Shown here: one piece after another, positions 1 to 9,522 of the stretch
Layout: each line of letters begins with the position of its first letter
Numbering within the stretch: the first letter of the stretch is position 1
From: Spirochaetia bacterium
Lineage (GTDB): Bacteria; Spirochaetota; Spirochaetia; UBA9216
Assembly: GCA_963675665.1 (NCBI GenBank)
Contig: OY776510.1
Coordinates: forward strand, 3,264,001-3,328,000
Direction: 5' to 3'
Length of the DNA: 64,000 bases
Position numbers and translations under genes: made by a program
The notes under the pieces: model-generated
The model's input: only the letters and a program-made list of their open reading frames with translations
What the model was told of the DNA's origin: nothing
The model's database searches: none

Positions 1-16
1 TTTCGTTGTTACCCAT
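1..16 (-). CDS. Probable start of a CDS running off the left edge (MGNNE...)
   Basis: Minus-strand ATG at 16 preceded by a G-rich SD-like sequence (GCGGGGG); only 5 codons visible. Confidence 0.35.
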
Positions 17-218
17 TTTAACCCCCGCAAAGAAGAAATGAAATTATATAATTATAAAACCTACTTATAAAGCAACTAATGTCAACCCTATAGAAGTTTA
101 ATAGCATAAAAATATAAAATTGTAAATCTAAGATAACTTCAGACATTCTGATATTATCATCAGTTGGTGGTTGCGTAAACAAGAATTGTTGACTTTTTGA
201 GATTATTTTAAAAGAAAA

Positions 219-665
219 TCAGGTGTTTAAAAGATGCTTCTTCATCATGACAATCCATCTGGCCGGAGATGGAATTCTGAAAGCCATACGGTCAAGTTCT
301 GAATTATCGTTTTTAAAAGAAATTTGAATAACAGTATCATTTAACGGCTTGTCACAGAAGAAATCGGTGGTGCCAATCGATTTAATTGATTTAGCGGGAA
401 TAAAAGCTTCCAGTCCGCCGAATCGCGAATGATAGTAAATACCGTCTTTTACCAGAGCAACAGCGCCGGTTTTTCGCAACGGTTTTTCAAGCTGACTTTC
501 CTGGCCGAACCAGGTAACACCAAACGATGTAAGAACAATTTCATCAGTGCTGTATCTGGCGGAAAGATGTTTTGATTCAATATTTCTGATTACAGCCATC
601 AGTATAACAATACCGAAAATTATTATGCCGAGTACTATCGGGGAAAGGTTTACAATCGTGTTCAT
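219..665 (-). CDS. Hypothetical protein, single N-terminal TM helix, possibly PH-like soluble domain
   Basis: 148-aa ORF with hydrophobic N-terminus; 1-bp overlap with upstream ORF (translational coupling). Confidence 0.7.
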   Translation of the reverse strand: MNTIVNLSPIVLGIIIFGIVILMAVIRNIESKHLSARYSTDEIVLTSFGVTWFGQESQLEKPLRKTGAVALVKDGIYYHSRFGGLEAFIPAKSIKSIGTTDFFCDKPLNDTVIQISFKNDNSELDRMAFRIPSPARWIVMMKKHLLNT

Positions 666-1045
666 CAGATCCTCTTGAGATATTTTAATGCTTTTCTATA
701 GGCTATCTTTCTGGCAAAACTGTTTTCATTAAGTTTGTTAACAAAAGACAGCGCAATTTCTTGATCATTTTTACCTTTTTCTCTCAGTTTTTCAATATGT
801 GATTTATTGTCAAGAAGAGACAAATAAACAGGATCTTTATCTGCCCTGCCTCCGCTGTTCATTATTATAACCAGAACAACAATTGAAAGCGATATTAACG
901 CTGTTATCAGGAAATCCCAGCCCGGATCCGGAACAATATACCTTATGAAAGAATTCGGATTGCCTGTATTGAAGATTGAATACAAATCAAGAATCATCAG
1001 CACAGCGAGAGCTATGTAAAACGCAAGATGCTTATTTTTATTCAA
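665..1045 (-). CDS. Hypothetical membrane protein (2 TM)
   Basis: 126-aa ORF, TTG start with GGAG SD, two hydrophobic segments. Confidence 0.7.
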   Translation of the reverse strand: MNKNKHLAFYIALAVLMILDLYSIFNTGNPNSFIRYIVPDPGWDFLITALISLSIVVLVIIMNSGGRADKDPVYLSLLDNKSHIEKLREKGKNDQEIALSFVNKLNENSFARKIAYRKALKYLKRI

Positions 1046-1072
1046 TTACTACTCCATGTATAAATATAATAA

Positions 1073-1106
1073 AGGGATGCCTGCCGGCAAAACCGGCTGA
1101 CATCCC
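1073..1106 (-). terminator. Stem-loop downstream of NCS2 permease
   Basis: GGGATG..GCCGG(C)AAAACCGGC..CATCCC inverted repeat with U-rich tail on the minus strand. Confidence 0.5.
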
Positions 1107-1136
1107 GTATTTGAAAAATAAAAACTGAATTTTATT

Positions 1137-2660
1137 TTAGTTCATAACATGCCAGTTAGCATGTCCGACAGGAATTGCCGCCCATTCAGCTTCAGCTTTT
1201 TCCCATGCTTCATCGCTGGCTTCGGCTTCCCAAACGGTAAGACCTCTTTCTTCTCTGGTAGCACCGGGAAGAAGGTTGTCAAGAACCATTGTGATGATAG
1301 CCGTACAAGCCATACCTGTAGTAAGGATTGTCTGGAAAATGTTGGTAATTACAAACTGTCCCGAACCGGGATCGCCGCTTACCATTGATGCTGCATTAAA
1401 ATGAGCAGGAAGAGTAAGACCGGCGAAGAAACCTACACCGATAATGAAAAGGTTTCTGGCGTTGTTCAGATTGGTAAACTGCAGGTTGGAAAGACCGGTT
1501 GCAGCAATAAGTCCGAACATTGCGAAGAACAGAGCGCCTACTATCGGCTGGGGAAGGGTTGCGAGAACCATTCCGAATTTTCCAAAGAAAGGAAGAACAA
1601 GAAGAATAATACCTGCTGCACGGATAACGCGGCGGCTGGCAACTCTTGTCAGACCTATTGAACCGATATTTTCAGAATATGAAGTTGTACCGTTACATGT
1701 CTGGAAAATGGAAGCGATAAGACAGCCGACACCTTCAGCGCCGATACCCTTGGAGATAATCTTTGCTGTCGGTACGGGAGCTTCGGCAATTCGTGCACAT
1801 GAATAGTAGTCGCCTACAGATTCAATCATTGAACCGATGTATCCTGCAAGCATTCCGAGTGCTCCGGCTGCTGTTATTGCATTAAATGAAGGGAACCCCC
1901 ATTTGAAAGGAATAGCCGGTTTAATCCAGAAAACAGGTGCCGATGATATAAGTTCAATACCGTTTTTAAGGTTGGCAGGATTGCCTTCGGGAATAATTCC
2001 GCTTACAGTTCCAATCCAGGAGATAAGCCATCCAAGGATAACGGCAAGGAGAATCGGGAAAAGTGCAAATACTTTTGATTTTCTCGAAAAAATCTGGGAG
2101 AAAACTACGATTGCGGCAAAAGTTACCAGTGAGATAACCCAGTTGCCTGCCATCCACGGAGCGCCTACGCCGTACAGCGCAAGTCCTATCATTGCGATTG
2201 TAGGTCCGATTACTATCGGGCTGAATGCTCTTTTTATAAGTCCCATAAGCCCGGTATAACCGATTATGATTTCAAACAGCGATGCTATCATTACTGCAGC
2301 ACAAACCTGCTGTATCATAACCTCGTAACCTAAACCTTCGGCAGCACACATTCCTACTATTGCGAACATAGGGCCGAGGAATGAGAAAGTACCACCCTGC
2401 AGAATCGGTAGCCTGTTTCCGATCGGTGACTGCTGAATCAGGGTTGTAATTCCTGCACAGAAGAACATGGTTGAAATTAGAAGTGCGAGTTCTTCTGTAG
2501 GGAGACCCATAGCTCCTCCGACAATTATCGGAATAATTACAGTTGATCCAAACTGTGTCAGGAACTGCTGGGCGCCGAGAAGGAAAGAAAGTCCCCATTT
2601 CGGTTTAGTGCCGATAGGGTAAATTACCCATCCTTCACTTTTTTTTGCTTCGTCGCTCAT
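1137..2660 (-). CDS. NCS2/NAT family nucleobase:cation symporter (uracil/xanthine permease-like)
   Basis: 507 aa polytopic membrane protein; motifs ESVGDY, TTSYSENIGSIGLTRVASRRV (NAT signature), ARNLFIIG. Confidence 0.9.
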   Translation of the reverse strand: MSDEAKKSEGWVIYPIGTKPKWGLSFLLGAQQFLTQFGSTVIIPIIVGGAMGLPTEELALLISTMFFCAGITTLIQQSPIGNRLPILQGGTFSFLGPMFAIVGMCAAEGLGYEVMIQQVCAAVMIASLFEIIIGYTGLMGLIKRAFSPIVIGPTIAMIGLALYGVGAPWMAGNWVISLVTFAAIVVFSQIFSRKSKVFALFPILLAVILGWLISWIGTVSGIIPEGNPANLKNGIELISSAPVFWIKPAIPFKWGFPSFNAITAAGALGMLAGYIGSMIESVGDYYSCARIAEAPVPTAKIISKGIGAEGVGCLIASIFQTCNGTTSYSENIGSIGLTRVASRRVIRAAGIILLVLPFFGKFGMVLATLPQPIVGALFFAMFGLIAATGLSNLQFTNLNNARNLFIIGVGFFAGLTLPAHFNAASMVSGDPGSGQFVITNIFQTILTTGMACTAIITMVLDNLLPGATREERGLTVWEAEASDEAWEKAEAEWAAIPVGHANWHVMN

Positions 2661-2887
2661 AAATCCTCCAAAAAAATATTTTAAGAACAGAATTGTTTAT
2701 TCTGATTCTTGCAGAAAAAAAGGCGATCCTTTTTTTTGATTCTCCTGTATATAGATTTAATATCTGTAGACATGCGATTTTGTTTTTGAAGTATACATCC
2801 TACGTTAAACATAAATGGATACATTATCATAACTGTTACGCCTTAAAAAATCAATCATTAATCAGACTCGTGTCAGACGTTAGATAG

Positions 2888-2917
2888 ATTTTATTGCATA
2901 TTACGAAGATTCGTCAA
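2888..2917 (-). promoter_or_regulatory. Putative sigma70 promoter for NCS2 permease
   Basis: Minus strand TTGACG-18 bp-TAAAAT. Confidence 0.5.
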
Positions 2918-2977
2918 GTTAAATTTATCAAAAAATGTTTGCGCTAAAAAAAACTCAACATTTTACAATATATAGCC

Positions 2978-3006
2978 TTGACCTGAGCCGGAAAGGGTAT
3001 TATGGT
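2978..3006 (+). promoter_or_regulatory. Putative sigma70 promoter for ALDH-aminotransferase operon
   Basis: TTGACC-17 bp-TATGGT. Confidence 0.5.
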
Positions 3007-3027
3007 GTGTCTATGATCGTTTAGGTC

Positions 3028-3040
3028 ATTGTCTGACAAT
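3028..3040. promoter_or_regulatory. Palindromic operator candidate ATTGTCTGACAAT
   Basis: 13-bp dyad (ATTGTC-T-GACAAT) just downstream of the -10; related TGTCAGAC at 2871-2878 downstream of the divergent promoter. Confidence 0.45.
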
Positions 3041-3069
3041 ATATATAATAGAGGTGGAGGTAAGCTGAT

Positions 3070-4464
3070 ATGGCAGATCCTAAAGAAGCTGCTGCTTATA
3101 TAGCAGGTTTGGTAGAAAGAGCACGTTCTGCTCAGAAGAAAATTGAGTTTGCAACACAGGAACAGGTTGATGAAATGTGTGTGCGAATTGCCTGGGCCGG
3201 ATGTAAACCGGATTTTGCGAAGAAACTGGGTGATTTTGCCGCAGAAGAATCAGGAATGGGTTACGGACCTGATAAGGTCGGAAAGATTTATGCAAAAGTA
3301 AAAGGTACTCTTCGTGATATGAGAGGACAGAAATCTGTCGGTCTCGTAGAAGTCGATGAAGAGAAAGGTCTGTTGAAATACGCGAAACCGGTCGGTGTTA
3401 TCGGCGCGCTGGTACCATGCACAAATCCTGAGGCAACTCCTTTCGCAAAAGCTCTGAGTGCAATCAAAACCAGGAATGCTATTATTCTTGCTCCACACCC
3501 TAGAACAAAGGCAACCAATAAAATGGCTGTCGATACAATCAGGGCAACTTTGAAAGCAAATAATTTTCCGGAAGACCTCGTAATCGGTATTGAAGAAGTT
3601 TCAGTAGAATCAAGCAATGAACTCATGAAGCAGACTGATCTGGTTCTTGCAACAGGCGGTGCGGGAATGGTTAAGGCCGCTTATTCAAGCGGAACTCCCG
3701 CTTATGGTGTAGGCGCCGGTAATGCGGTAAGTATTATTGCTGATGATGCAGACCTCGCAGATGCGGCAAACAAGATTAAAAGATCCAAAATATTTGATCA
3801 TGCCACAAGCTGTTCTACTGAAAACTGCGTGCTTATCCAGGAAGATCTTTACGATGACATGATCAAGGCTCTTGAGGCTGAAGGCGGATATCTTGCAGCA
3901 GGAGACGAGAAAAAGGCGCTTCAGGCTGTTATGTGGGAAAACGGTGTGCTTTCAAGAAATATTGTAGCTCAGCCTGCCCAGAAAATCGGAAAACTTGCAA
4001 AACTAAAAATGGGCGAAGACAAATGCTTTATCATGGTCCCTGAAACGGGAGTGGGTAAGGAACATCCTTTCTCCGGAGAAAAGTTGTCGCCGGTTACTAC
4101 ACTATATAAATATAAAACATTTGATGATGCTGTTCAGCTTGTTAATGATATTACGGATTACTCCGGTGCCGGACATTCCTGCGGAATACATACTTTCGAC
4201 AAGAGAAAGGTCAAGGAGCTCGGACGAAGAGTCAAGGTTGCCAGAATTATGGTTAACCAGCCGCAGTGTCTTGCAAACTCAGGTGCCTGGACAAACGGAA
4301 TGCCGATGTCAATGACTCTCGGTTGCGGAACCTGGGGAGGTAATATCGCTTCGGAAAACATAACCTGGAAAAACCTTCTCAACTATACCTGGGTTTCATT
4401 TGAAATTGAAAGCACAATGCCGAGTGATGAAGATCTTTTCGGCAAGATTATGTATGAAGCATAA
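3070..4464 (+). CDS. CoA-acylating aldehyde dehydrogenase (SauS/AdhE-N/PduP-like)
   Basis: Motifs PVGVIGALVPCTNP, LATGG..MVKAAYSSGTPAYGVGAGN, SKIFDHATSCSTE (catalytic Cys), GEKLSP, TLGCGTWGGN. Confidence 0.9.
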   Translation: MADPKEAAAYIAGLVERARSAQKKIEFATQEQVDEMCVRIAWAGCKPDFAKKLGDFAAEESGMGYGPDKVGKIYAKVKGTLRDMRGQKSVGLVEVDEEKGLLKYAKPVGVIGALVPCTNPEATPFAKALSAIKTRNAIILAPHPRTKATNKMAVDTIRATLKANNFPEDLVIGIEEVSVESSNELMKQTDLVLATGGAGMVKAAYSSGTPAYGVGAGNAVSIIADDADLADAANKIKRSKIFDHATSCSTENCVLIQEDLYDDMIKALEAEGGYLAAGDEKKALQAVMWENGVLSRNIVAQPAQKIGKLAKLKMGEDKCFIMVPETGVGKEHPFSGEKLSPVTTLYKYKTFDDAVQLVNDITDYSGAGHSCGIHTFDKRKVKELGRRVKVARIMVNQPQCLANSGAWTNGMPMSMTLGCGTWGGNIASENITWKNLLNYTWVSFEIESTMPSDEDLFGKIMYEA

Positions 4465-4498
4465 TTAAATTAAAAGATCGGAAACAAGGAGAAATATC

Positions 4499-5821
4499 AT
4501 GGCTGGTGAAGAAATCAGGGCACTTGATAAAAAATATAACATGCATTCCTGGAGTGCGCAGAAGGCGCTCAATCCCATAGTAGTTGAAAAGGCTGAAGGA
4601 ATATTCTTCTGGGATGCAGACGGTAAAAAATATTATGACATGTCGGCACAGCTTGTTAATATGAACGTCGGACACGGAAATAAAAAAATTATTAAGGCAA
4701 TACAGGAGCAGGCAGAGAAAATGCCTTTTATGGGACCTGCTTATGCCGTTGATGTACGGGCTGAGCTTGCAAGAAAAATTATTGAAGAAATAGTTCCCGG
4801 TATGGGAAAGGTCTTTTTTACAAATGCAGGCGCCGAAGCCAATGAAAATGCCATCAAGATGGCCAGAATGGTTACAGGTAAGAATAAAATTTTCAGCGGA
4901 TACCGTTCATATCACGGCGCTACCTACGGCGCTGCCAATCTGACGGGTGAGCCGAGAAGATTTCCGTCAGAACCCGGAATCCCGGGTTTTATTAAGTTCT
5001 TTAATCCGTATATTGAACGGGAACCTGTCATAAAGTTCGAAAGTGAAGAACAATACTCAAAGTACTGCCTGGCCAAACTTGAAGAGCAGATAATCTGGGA
5101 AGGCAGAAATGATGTAGCCGCAATTTTTCTTGAAACTGTTGTCGGTTCAAACGGCGTTCTTGTTCCGCCCAAGGGCTATCTCGAAGGCGTCAGGGCTCTT
5201 TGCGATAAATACGGAATTATGATGGTCTGTGATGAGGTTATGGCAGGTTGGGGCAGAACCGGTGAATGGTTTGCGTTTATGAACTGGGATGTAATGCCGG
5301 ACATGATAAGCTTTGCTAAAGGTATAACCTGCGGTTATGCACCAATAGGCGGAGTTATTGTCTCCAGGGCAATTGCTGACCACTTTGAAGAAAACGTACT
5401 TTTTTGCGGTCTTACCTACAGCGCACACCTGCTCGGATGTGCAGCCGGTATTGCAACTATTGAAGTTTACAAGGAACTTGACCTTATCAATAGATCCAAA
5501 GAAATGGGGAAAGTTCTTGCTGCAAAGATGGCTGAGCTTCAGAAAAAACACCCGTCAGTCGGCCCGTGCAGAAATATCGGTTTGTTCGGAATGGTTGAAT
5601 TTGTAGATAAAGAAAACGGACCGCTCGTTCCATATGCTGCAGATCCGAAAGGTTTTATGAAGCAGATTGTAGGGAAACTCAGAGAGAATGGTTTTACAAC
5701 CTACTCTCATGAGAATATGATTTCTGTTTCTCCGCCGCTGATTATTACGGAACAGGAGCTTTCGGAAGCATTTGAGATACTTGACAAGGTTTGTTCCTGG
5801 GTTGATGAAAATCTGCTGTAG
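4499..5821 (+). CDS. Class III PLP aminotransferase, probably beta-alanine (PydD-like) omega-aminotransferase
   Basis: GAEANENAIK, SYHG, DEVMAGWGRTG, FAKG (PLP lysine); pyrimidine-catabolic context. Confidence 0.85.
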   Translation: MAGEEIRALDKKYNMHSWSAQKALNPIVVEKAEGIFFWDADGKKYYDMSAQLVNMNVGHGNKKIIKAIQEQAEKMPFMGPAYAVDVRAELARKIIEEIVPGMGKVFFTNAGAEANENAIKMARMVTGKNKIFSGYRSYHGATYGAANLTGEPRRFPSEPGIPGFIKFFNPYIEREPVIKFESEEQYSKYCLAKLEEQIIWEGRNDVAAIFLETVVGSNGVLVPPKGYLEGVRALCDKYGIMMVCDEVMAGWGRTGEWFAFMNWDVMPDMISFAKGITCGYAPIGGVIVSRAIADHFEENVLFCGLTYSAHLLGCAAGIATIEVYKELDLINRSKEMGKVLAAKMAELQKKHPSVGPCRNIGLFGMVEFVDKENGPLVPYAADPKGFMKQIVGKLRENGFTTYSHENMISVSPPLIITEQELSEAFEILDKVCSWVDENLL

Positions 5822-5857
5822 GTGCTGATCTGAAAAAACACAGATAATATTTTTGAT

Positions 5858-5890
5858 AAAAAGCTGTTCCCCCGGCGGGAACAGCTTTTT
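5858..5890. terminator. Bidirectional intrinsic terminator
   Basis: AAAAAGCTGTTCCC-CCGGC-GGGAACAGCTTTTT between convergent genes. Confidence 0.85.
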
Positions 5891-6243
5891 TATTTTTCAG
5901 CCAAAGTAACAGTAGCAGTATATGTAATGCTGTCGCCCTGCTGTGAGGTCACAATAAAATAAACAGGTCTGCTGAAATTAAGAACGGACCCGGATGCAGG
6001 CATAATATCGGAGCCGTCCATCATTTCAATGGTAGGTCTCAATGAAGTAATATCGGTTTTATCAGGAAATTCGGCAGTGATGCTGGTTCCGGTGACAACG
6101 GCATAAACAGTAGCATCAAGCATCTGATTATCAATTACTGAGAATAAAAAACTTGTTATCAGCACTGTTTCAGGCGGGTTAATGTTGTTGCAGCCCCAAA
6201 AAAAGACGACAACTGATAATATTAAAATAAACCTTTTTTTCAT
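5890..6243 (-). CDS. Small lipoprotein with Ig-like (DUF5018-like) domain
   Basis: Lipobox FFWGC; ITSF...L.PTI...I.PASG...NFSRPV.F.VT..G....YT pattern. Confidence 0.7.
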   Translation of the reverse strand: MKKRFILILSVVVFFWGCNNINPPETVLITSFLFSVIDNQMLDATVYAVVTGTSITAEFPDKTDITSLRPTIEMMDGSDIMPASGSVLNFSRPVYFIVTSQQGDSITYTATVTLAEK

Positions 6244-6296
6244 GCATATATTATATACCCGCAGAGGCCGGAATTCTAATAAAATATGCAGATGAA

Positions 6297-7076
6297 CTAC
6301 AGAAACGACTCTATAAGCTGTATCCTGGACTGATAGTATTCCTTTCTTCTACGGTTGAACTCTCCGGGATCCCCGGAGAGTCCTGTCGATGCAGGTTTGA
6401 GTTTTTTGAATTTATCCTGCAGGGATGTCAGAAGATCCTGCCAGCTCATATCGGAATGGATACTTGATTTCGGAGCATAATTCATTACATTCAAATAATC
6501 TCCTCCGCTTTTTTTGCGAATTAATGCCAGCATAACAAGATCCTGCGGACTCAATTCGGCAAGCATATCATCCAAATTACCTTCATTGTCATAGAGATCG
6601 CGGTAAAAGGACAAAAATTCCTTTTCTGCTTTCGTGTAGTCGCCCATTTCAAAATATAGTTCAGGCAGCAGTGTGATTCCCCGTTTAAGCATATATTCCC
6701 TGCATATTTCAGTATCAAGAAGCTGTTCAGCTTTTTCAAGTTCACCGTGTTCAAGGTAAGTTGACCCTATAAAAAAACCGAGTATGACATCATTAGTCTT
6801 TTGGTAGCCGTCGGAAATAACTTCAAACCTGCTTTTTATATTCTCAGCTTCGCTGTAGTTAAGAAAATATTCAAGGTACACTTCGGGCTGCATAGGGTAT
6901 TTATGCAGTGCTTTTATCAGCAGGGAATCGGATTTATCAATTTCTTTTCTGCTGCGGTAGTAAAGAGCGCTGTCTATAAGTCTTTTCCAGGGGGCGGTTG
7001 AGATATATGGAACAACAACCCTGAAAAATATTACAAGAAGAAAAAGTGCGCCGGGCAGAAATAATAATTTTAGCAT
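6297..7076 (-). CDS. Hypothetical membrane-anchored helical (TPR-like) protein
   Basis: 259 aa, N-terminal TM, TPR-like segments (LYFEMGDYTKAEKEF). Confidence 0.65.
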   Translation of the reverse strand: MLKLLFLPGALFLLVIFFRVVVPYISTAPWKRLIDSALYYRSRKEIDKSDSLLIKALHKYPMQPEVYLEYFLNYSEAENIKSRFEVISDGYQKTNDVILGFFIGSTYLEHGELEKAEQLLDTEICREYMLKRGITLLPELYFEMGDYTKAEKEFLSFYRDLYDNEGNLDDMLAELSPQDLVMLALIRKKSGGDYLNVMNYAPKSSIHSDMSWQDLLTSLQDKFKKLKPASTGLSGDPGEFNRRRKEYYQSRIQLIESFL

Positions 7077-7103
7077 TATAACTCCTGTAAATAAAAATTC
7101 CGA

Positions 7104-7625
7104 TTAAAGAAGTTGAAATTTTCCGGTAACGGCATCAACAATAACCTTGAAGCTGTGTCTTTCACGGTTTGTACATTTTACAATCCAGAAGGGTTTATAA
7201 ACAAGTCTTTCCTCTATAATTTCGGAATCAGGTGCAAAAAGAACCCTGGAATTGTGAATTGATGCATGTGTAAGATATGTTTTTGCAGTTTTAAAAGCTT
7301 CATCCCGGTTGTAATCATGCTCAAGAACGCAGTCTTTAAGCACTTCAATATCGCAGAGGTCGAACTTGTCGGTAGTAGCCGCATGATTATTAATAAGATC
7401 GACAAGGCAGGAAGCCTTTATGCTTCTGCTTTTACCAAAAAGTGTTTTAATTGTGTAAGAAAAAAGGAACCAGTGATAAGGGTAGTAGATAATCTTCTGG
7501 ACCTGAACTGAATGCTGCTCTGAGTGCTTTAATACAATATTCTTTGCTTCATTTTGTTCAATATCATGCGCTATCGCAGCAATAAGAGTTTTTACGGAAC
7601 GAGTATCAGCAGTATCTTCAGGCAT
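7104..7625 (-). CDS. Hypothetical protein downstream of SSS transporter
   Basis: 173 aa, GGGAG SD; two-fold internal pattern YYPY..LVD / YKPFW..IVDAVTG. Confidence 0.7.
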   Translation of the reverse strand: MPEDTADTRSVKTLIAAIAHDIEQNEAKNIVLKHSEQHSVQVQKIIYYPYHWFLFSYTIKTLFGKSRSIKASCLVDLINNHAATTDKFDLCDIEVLKDCVLEHDYNRDEAFKTAKTYLTHASIHNSRVLFAPDSEIIEERLVYKPFWIVKCTNRERHSFKVIVDAVTGKFQLL

Positions 7626-7691
7626 CAGGTTAAACTCCCAAAAAGACCGCCCCGCAATGGGGGCGGAATAAACAGTTCTGCGACGAACAAA

Positions 7692-9239
7692 TTATTTGTC
7701 TATTTTTTTATTTATGCCGCTTGCTTCCTGAGCAAGGTTAAAATCTGATTTTGCAAGCATATCTTTGGGGATAGGCCCGATTTTAATTGCTTCATCCATT
7801 GCTTTAACAATATGGTCTGCTACAGGATGTGAGTTTTGTGTTGCAAGACTCACAATTATCATAAGAGCCCATGATATAACAAGGCCTCCCAACATCGGGT
7901 TGATGGGTATTCCTAATTTTTCAAGCAGAAATGCAGTCAATGCGCCGCCGATTATCGATGCAAGGGCGCCCGGTGTATTTGCTTTCTTCCACCAAACCGC
8001 ACAAACGTAAGCAGGCATGAACGCGCTACCAAGTACGGAAGTAGTGAATACTACAACTGCAAAGATTCCCGGAGGGCTGAACAGGGCGATAACAAGACCG
8101 ACAATACCAATTACGGCTACGAGAATCCGTGAAACCCAGACCATCTGCTTGTCGGAAGCTTTCGGGTTAAAAAATCGCTGAAAGATATCCCTTGATGCAA
8201 CTGTTCCTACCTGAAGCAGGATTGAATCTGCAGTAGACATTATAGCCGCCATGATGGCTGCCATAACAATACCGGTTACGGCTGCCGGCAGGAGAGTTCC
8301 CGCTAATGTAAAAATGGCCATTTCGGGATCAGCAAGATTCGGAAGAACAATAATTGCGAAAATACCAAGAAGGTAAGGGGCCGTTACAAAGAAAAGGTTC
8401 CAGATTGTCGAATAAACACCGGCCATACGGGCGGTTTTTGGACTGTCCATAGCCATATGTCTTGTAACAACATGAGGCCAACCCATGTACCCGACAGAGA
8501 AAATAAGTACGGCTCCCAGTAAATCGCTCCATGCGTACTGGTTTGCAAGATCTTTACCCCAGATTGAGAGATAAGTCATGTCTATTTTGCCTATCGCTTC
8601 ATTGACAGCTGTAAAACCTCCTACATGGCTCAAGGTAGCTGCAAAAATCCAGATCATACCTACAACCATTACAAGGCTCTGAAAAAAGTCGGTATATGCA
8701 ACAGCGAAGTAACCGCCCATGAAGGTATAAAGCATGATAATACCGACAGCAATTGCGAGAGCAGCGCCATACGGAAGCCCGGTTACAAGAGCCATGCCCT
8801 TACCGCCAGCTATAAACTGTGCCAGAACATAGAAAAATAAAAGGAAGACAGACAAACTTCCGGCTATCAGGCGTGTAGCCGGGTGAGGGTATCGATGTTC
8901 AAGATACTCGATAGATGTTAAAGAGCCGAGAATCTTGGACAATTTTCTCATTCTTCGGCCGATAACGGAAAGGTTTACAACACCGCCGCCGATATCACCG
9001 GCTGCGTACCATATCGACCAGTAACCGGTTGTGTAACCGGCGGAACCGCCGCCCAGAAACATGTAGCCGCTCATGGAAGTCGACTGAAGGGTCATTGCAG
9101 TTACCAGAGGGCCGACTTTACGTCCTCCCAGCAGATAACCTTCAAGGTCCTTTGCTCCTCCCTTTTTTACTGCCCAAAAACCGATTCCAACTACAACAAC
9201 ATAATAAATAACAAGAAAAACAAGAACAACAGGGTTCAT
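7692..9239 (-). CDS. Sodium:solute symporter (SSS, PutP/PanF-like)
   Basis: YLLGGRKVGP, SMSGYMFLG, YTFMGGYFAVAYTDFFQ, AAIMSTADS motifs; about 13 TM. Confidence 0.92.
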   Translation of the reverse strand: MNPVVLVFLVIYYVVVVGIGFWAVKKGGAKDLEGYLLGGRKVGPLVTAMTLQSTSMSGYMFLGGGSAGYTTGYWSIWYAAGDIGGGVVNLSVIGRRMRKLSKILGSLTSIEYLEHRYPHPATRLIAGSLSVFLLFFYVLAQFIAGGKGMALVTGLPYGAALAIAVGIIMLYTFMGGYFAVAYTDFFQSLVMVVGMIWIFAATLSHVGGFTAVNEAIGKIDMTYLSIWGKDLANQYAWSDLLGAVLIFSVGYMGWPHVVTRHMAMDSPKTARMAGVYSTIWNLFFVTAPYLLGIFAIIVLPNLADPEMAIFTLAGTLLPAAVTGIVMAAIMAAIMSTADSILLQVGTVASRDIFQRFFNPKASDKQMVWVSRILVAVIGIVGLVIALFSPPGIFAVVVFTTSVLGSAFMPAYVCAVWWKKANTPGALASIIGGALTAFLLEKLGIPINPMLGGLVISWALMIIVSLATQNSHPVADHIVKAMDEAIKIGPIPKDMLAKSDFNLAQEASGINKKIDK

Positions 9240-9373
9240 TACTTGTTACCTCCCTGGTTTTCAGAGTCATCTACCCAGTTCCGGGTTTTTATAAAGAAGA
9301 TCAGAGTGTAAATAATCCAGAAGAGTGGGAATCCAAACAACACTAATGCCGTGAGTCCAGGTAATCCAAACAT
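9239..9373 (-). CDS. 44-aa single-TM small protein coupled to the SSS transporter (not in ORF track)
   Basis: GGAGG SD, ATG at 9373; MFGLPGLTALVLFGFPLFWIIYTLIFFIKTRNWVDDSENQGGNK*; TAATG stop/start overlap with the symporter. Confidence 0.8.
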   Translation of the reverse strand: MFGLPGLTALVLFGFPLFWIIYTLIFFIKTRNWVDDSENQGGNK

Positions 9374-9488
9374 ACTTCCTCCAAAAAGTTTTATTTAGGT
9401 ACTACATACCATAAAAACAGGTTATATGTGATTGGAAATTTCTGTCAAGCAGAAAAAGCGCACAATTTATCCACTTAAATCCCACAAT

Positions 9489-9517
9489 TTGAAAAAAAAA
9501 CTCTTTTACTATATAAT
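9489..9517 (+). promoter_or_regulatory. Near-consensus sigma70 promoter, probably leaderless transcript
   Basis: TTGAAA-17 bp-TATAAT, ATG 5 nt after the -10, no SD. Confidence 0.65.
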
Positions 9518-9522
9518 GAGAT

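Noticed and set aside
2740-2830. Possible purine riboswitch upstream of the NCS2 permease (GTCTAC followed by a short stem on the minus strand)
   Set aside because: P2/P3 stems and the conserved loop sequences are not recognisable; would need an Rfam/Infernal scan
9459-9491. MraZ-type GTGG boxes upstream of the IS1595-like gene
   Set aside because: Period is 11 bp rather than about 10 and there is no dcw context; kept only as a generic phased repeat
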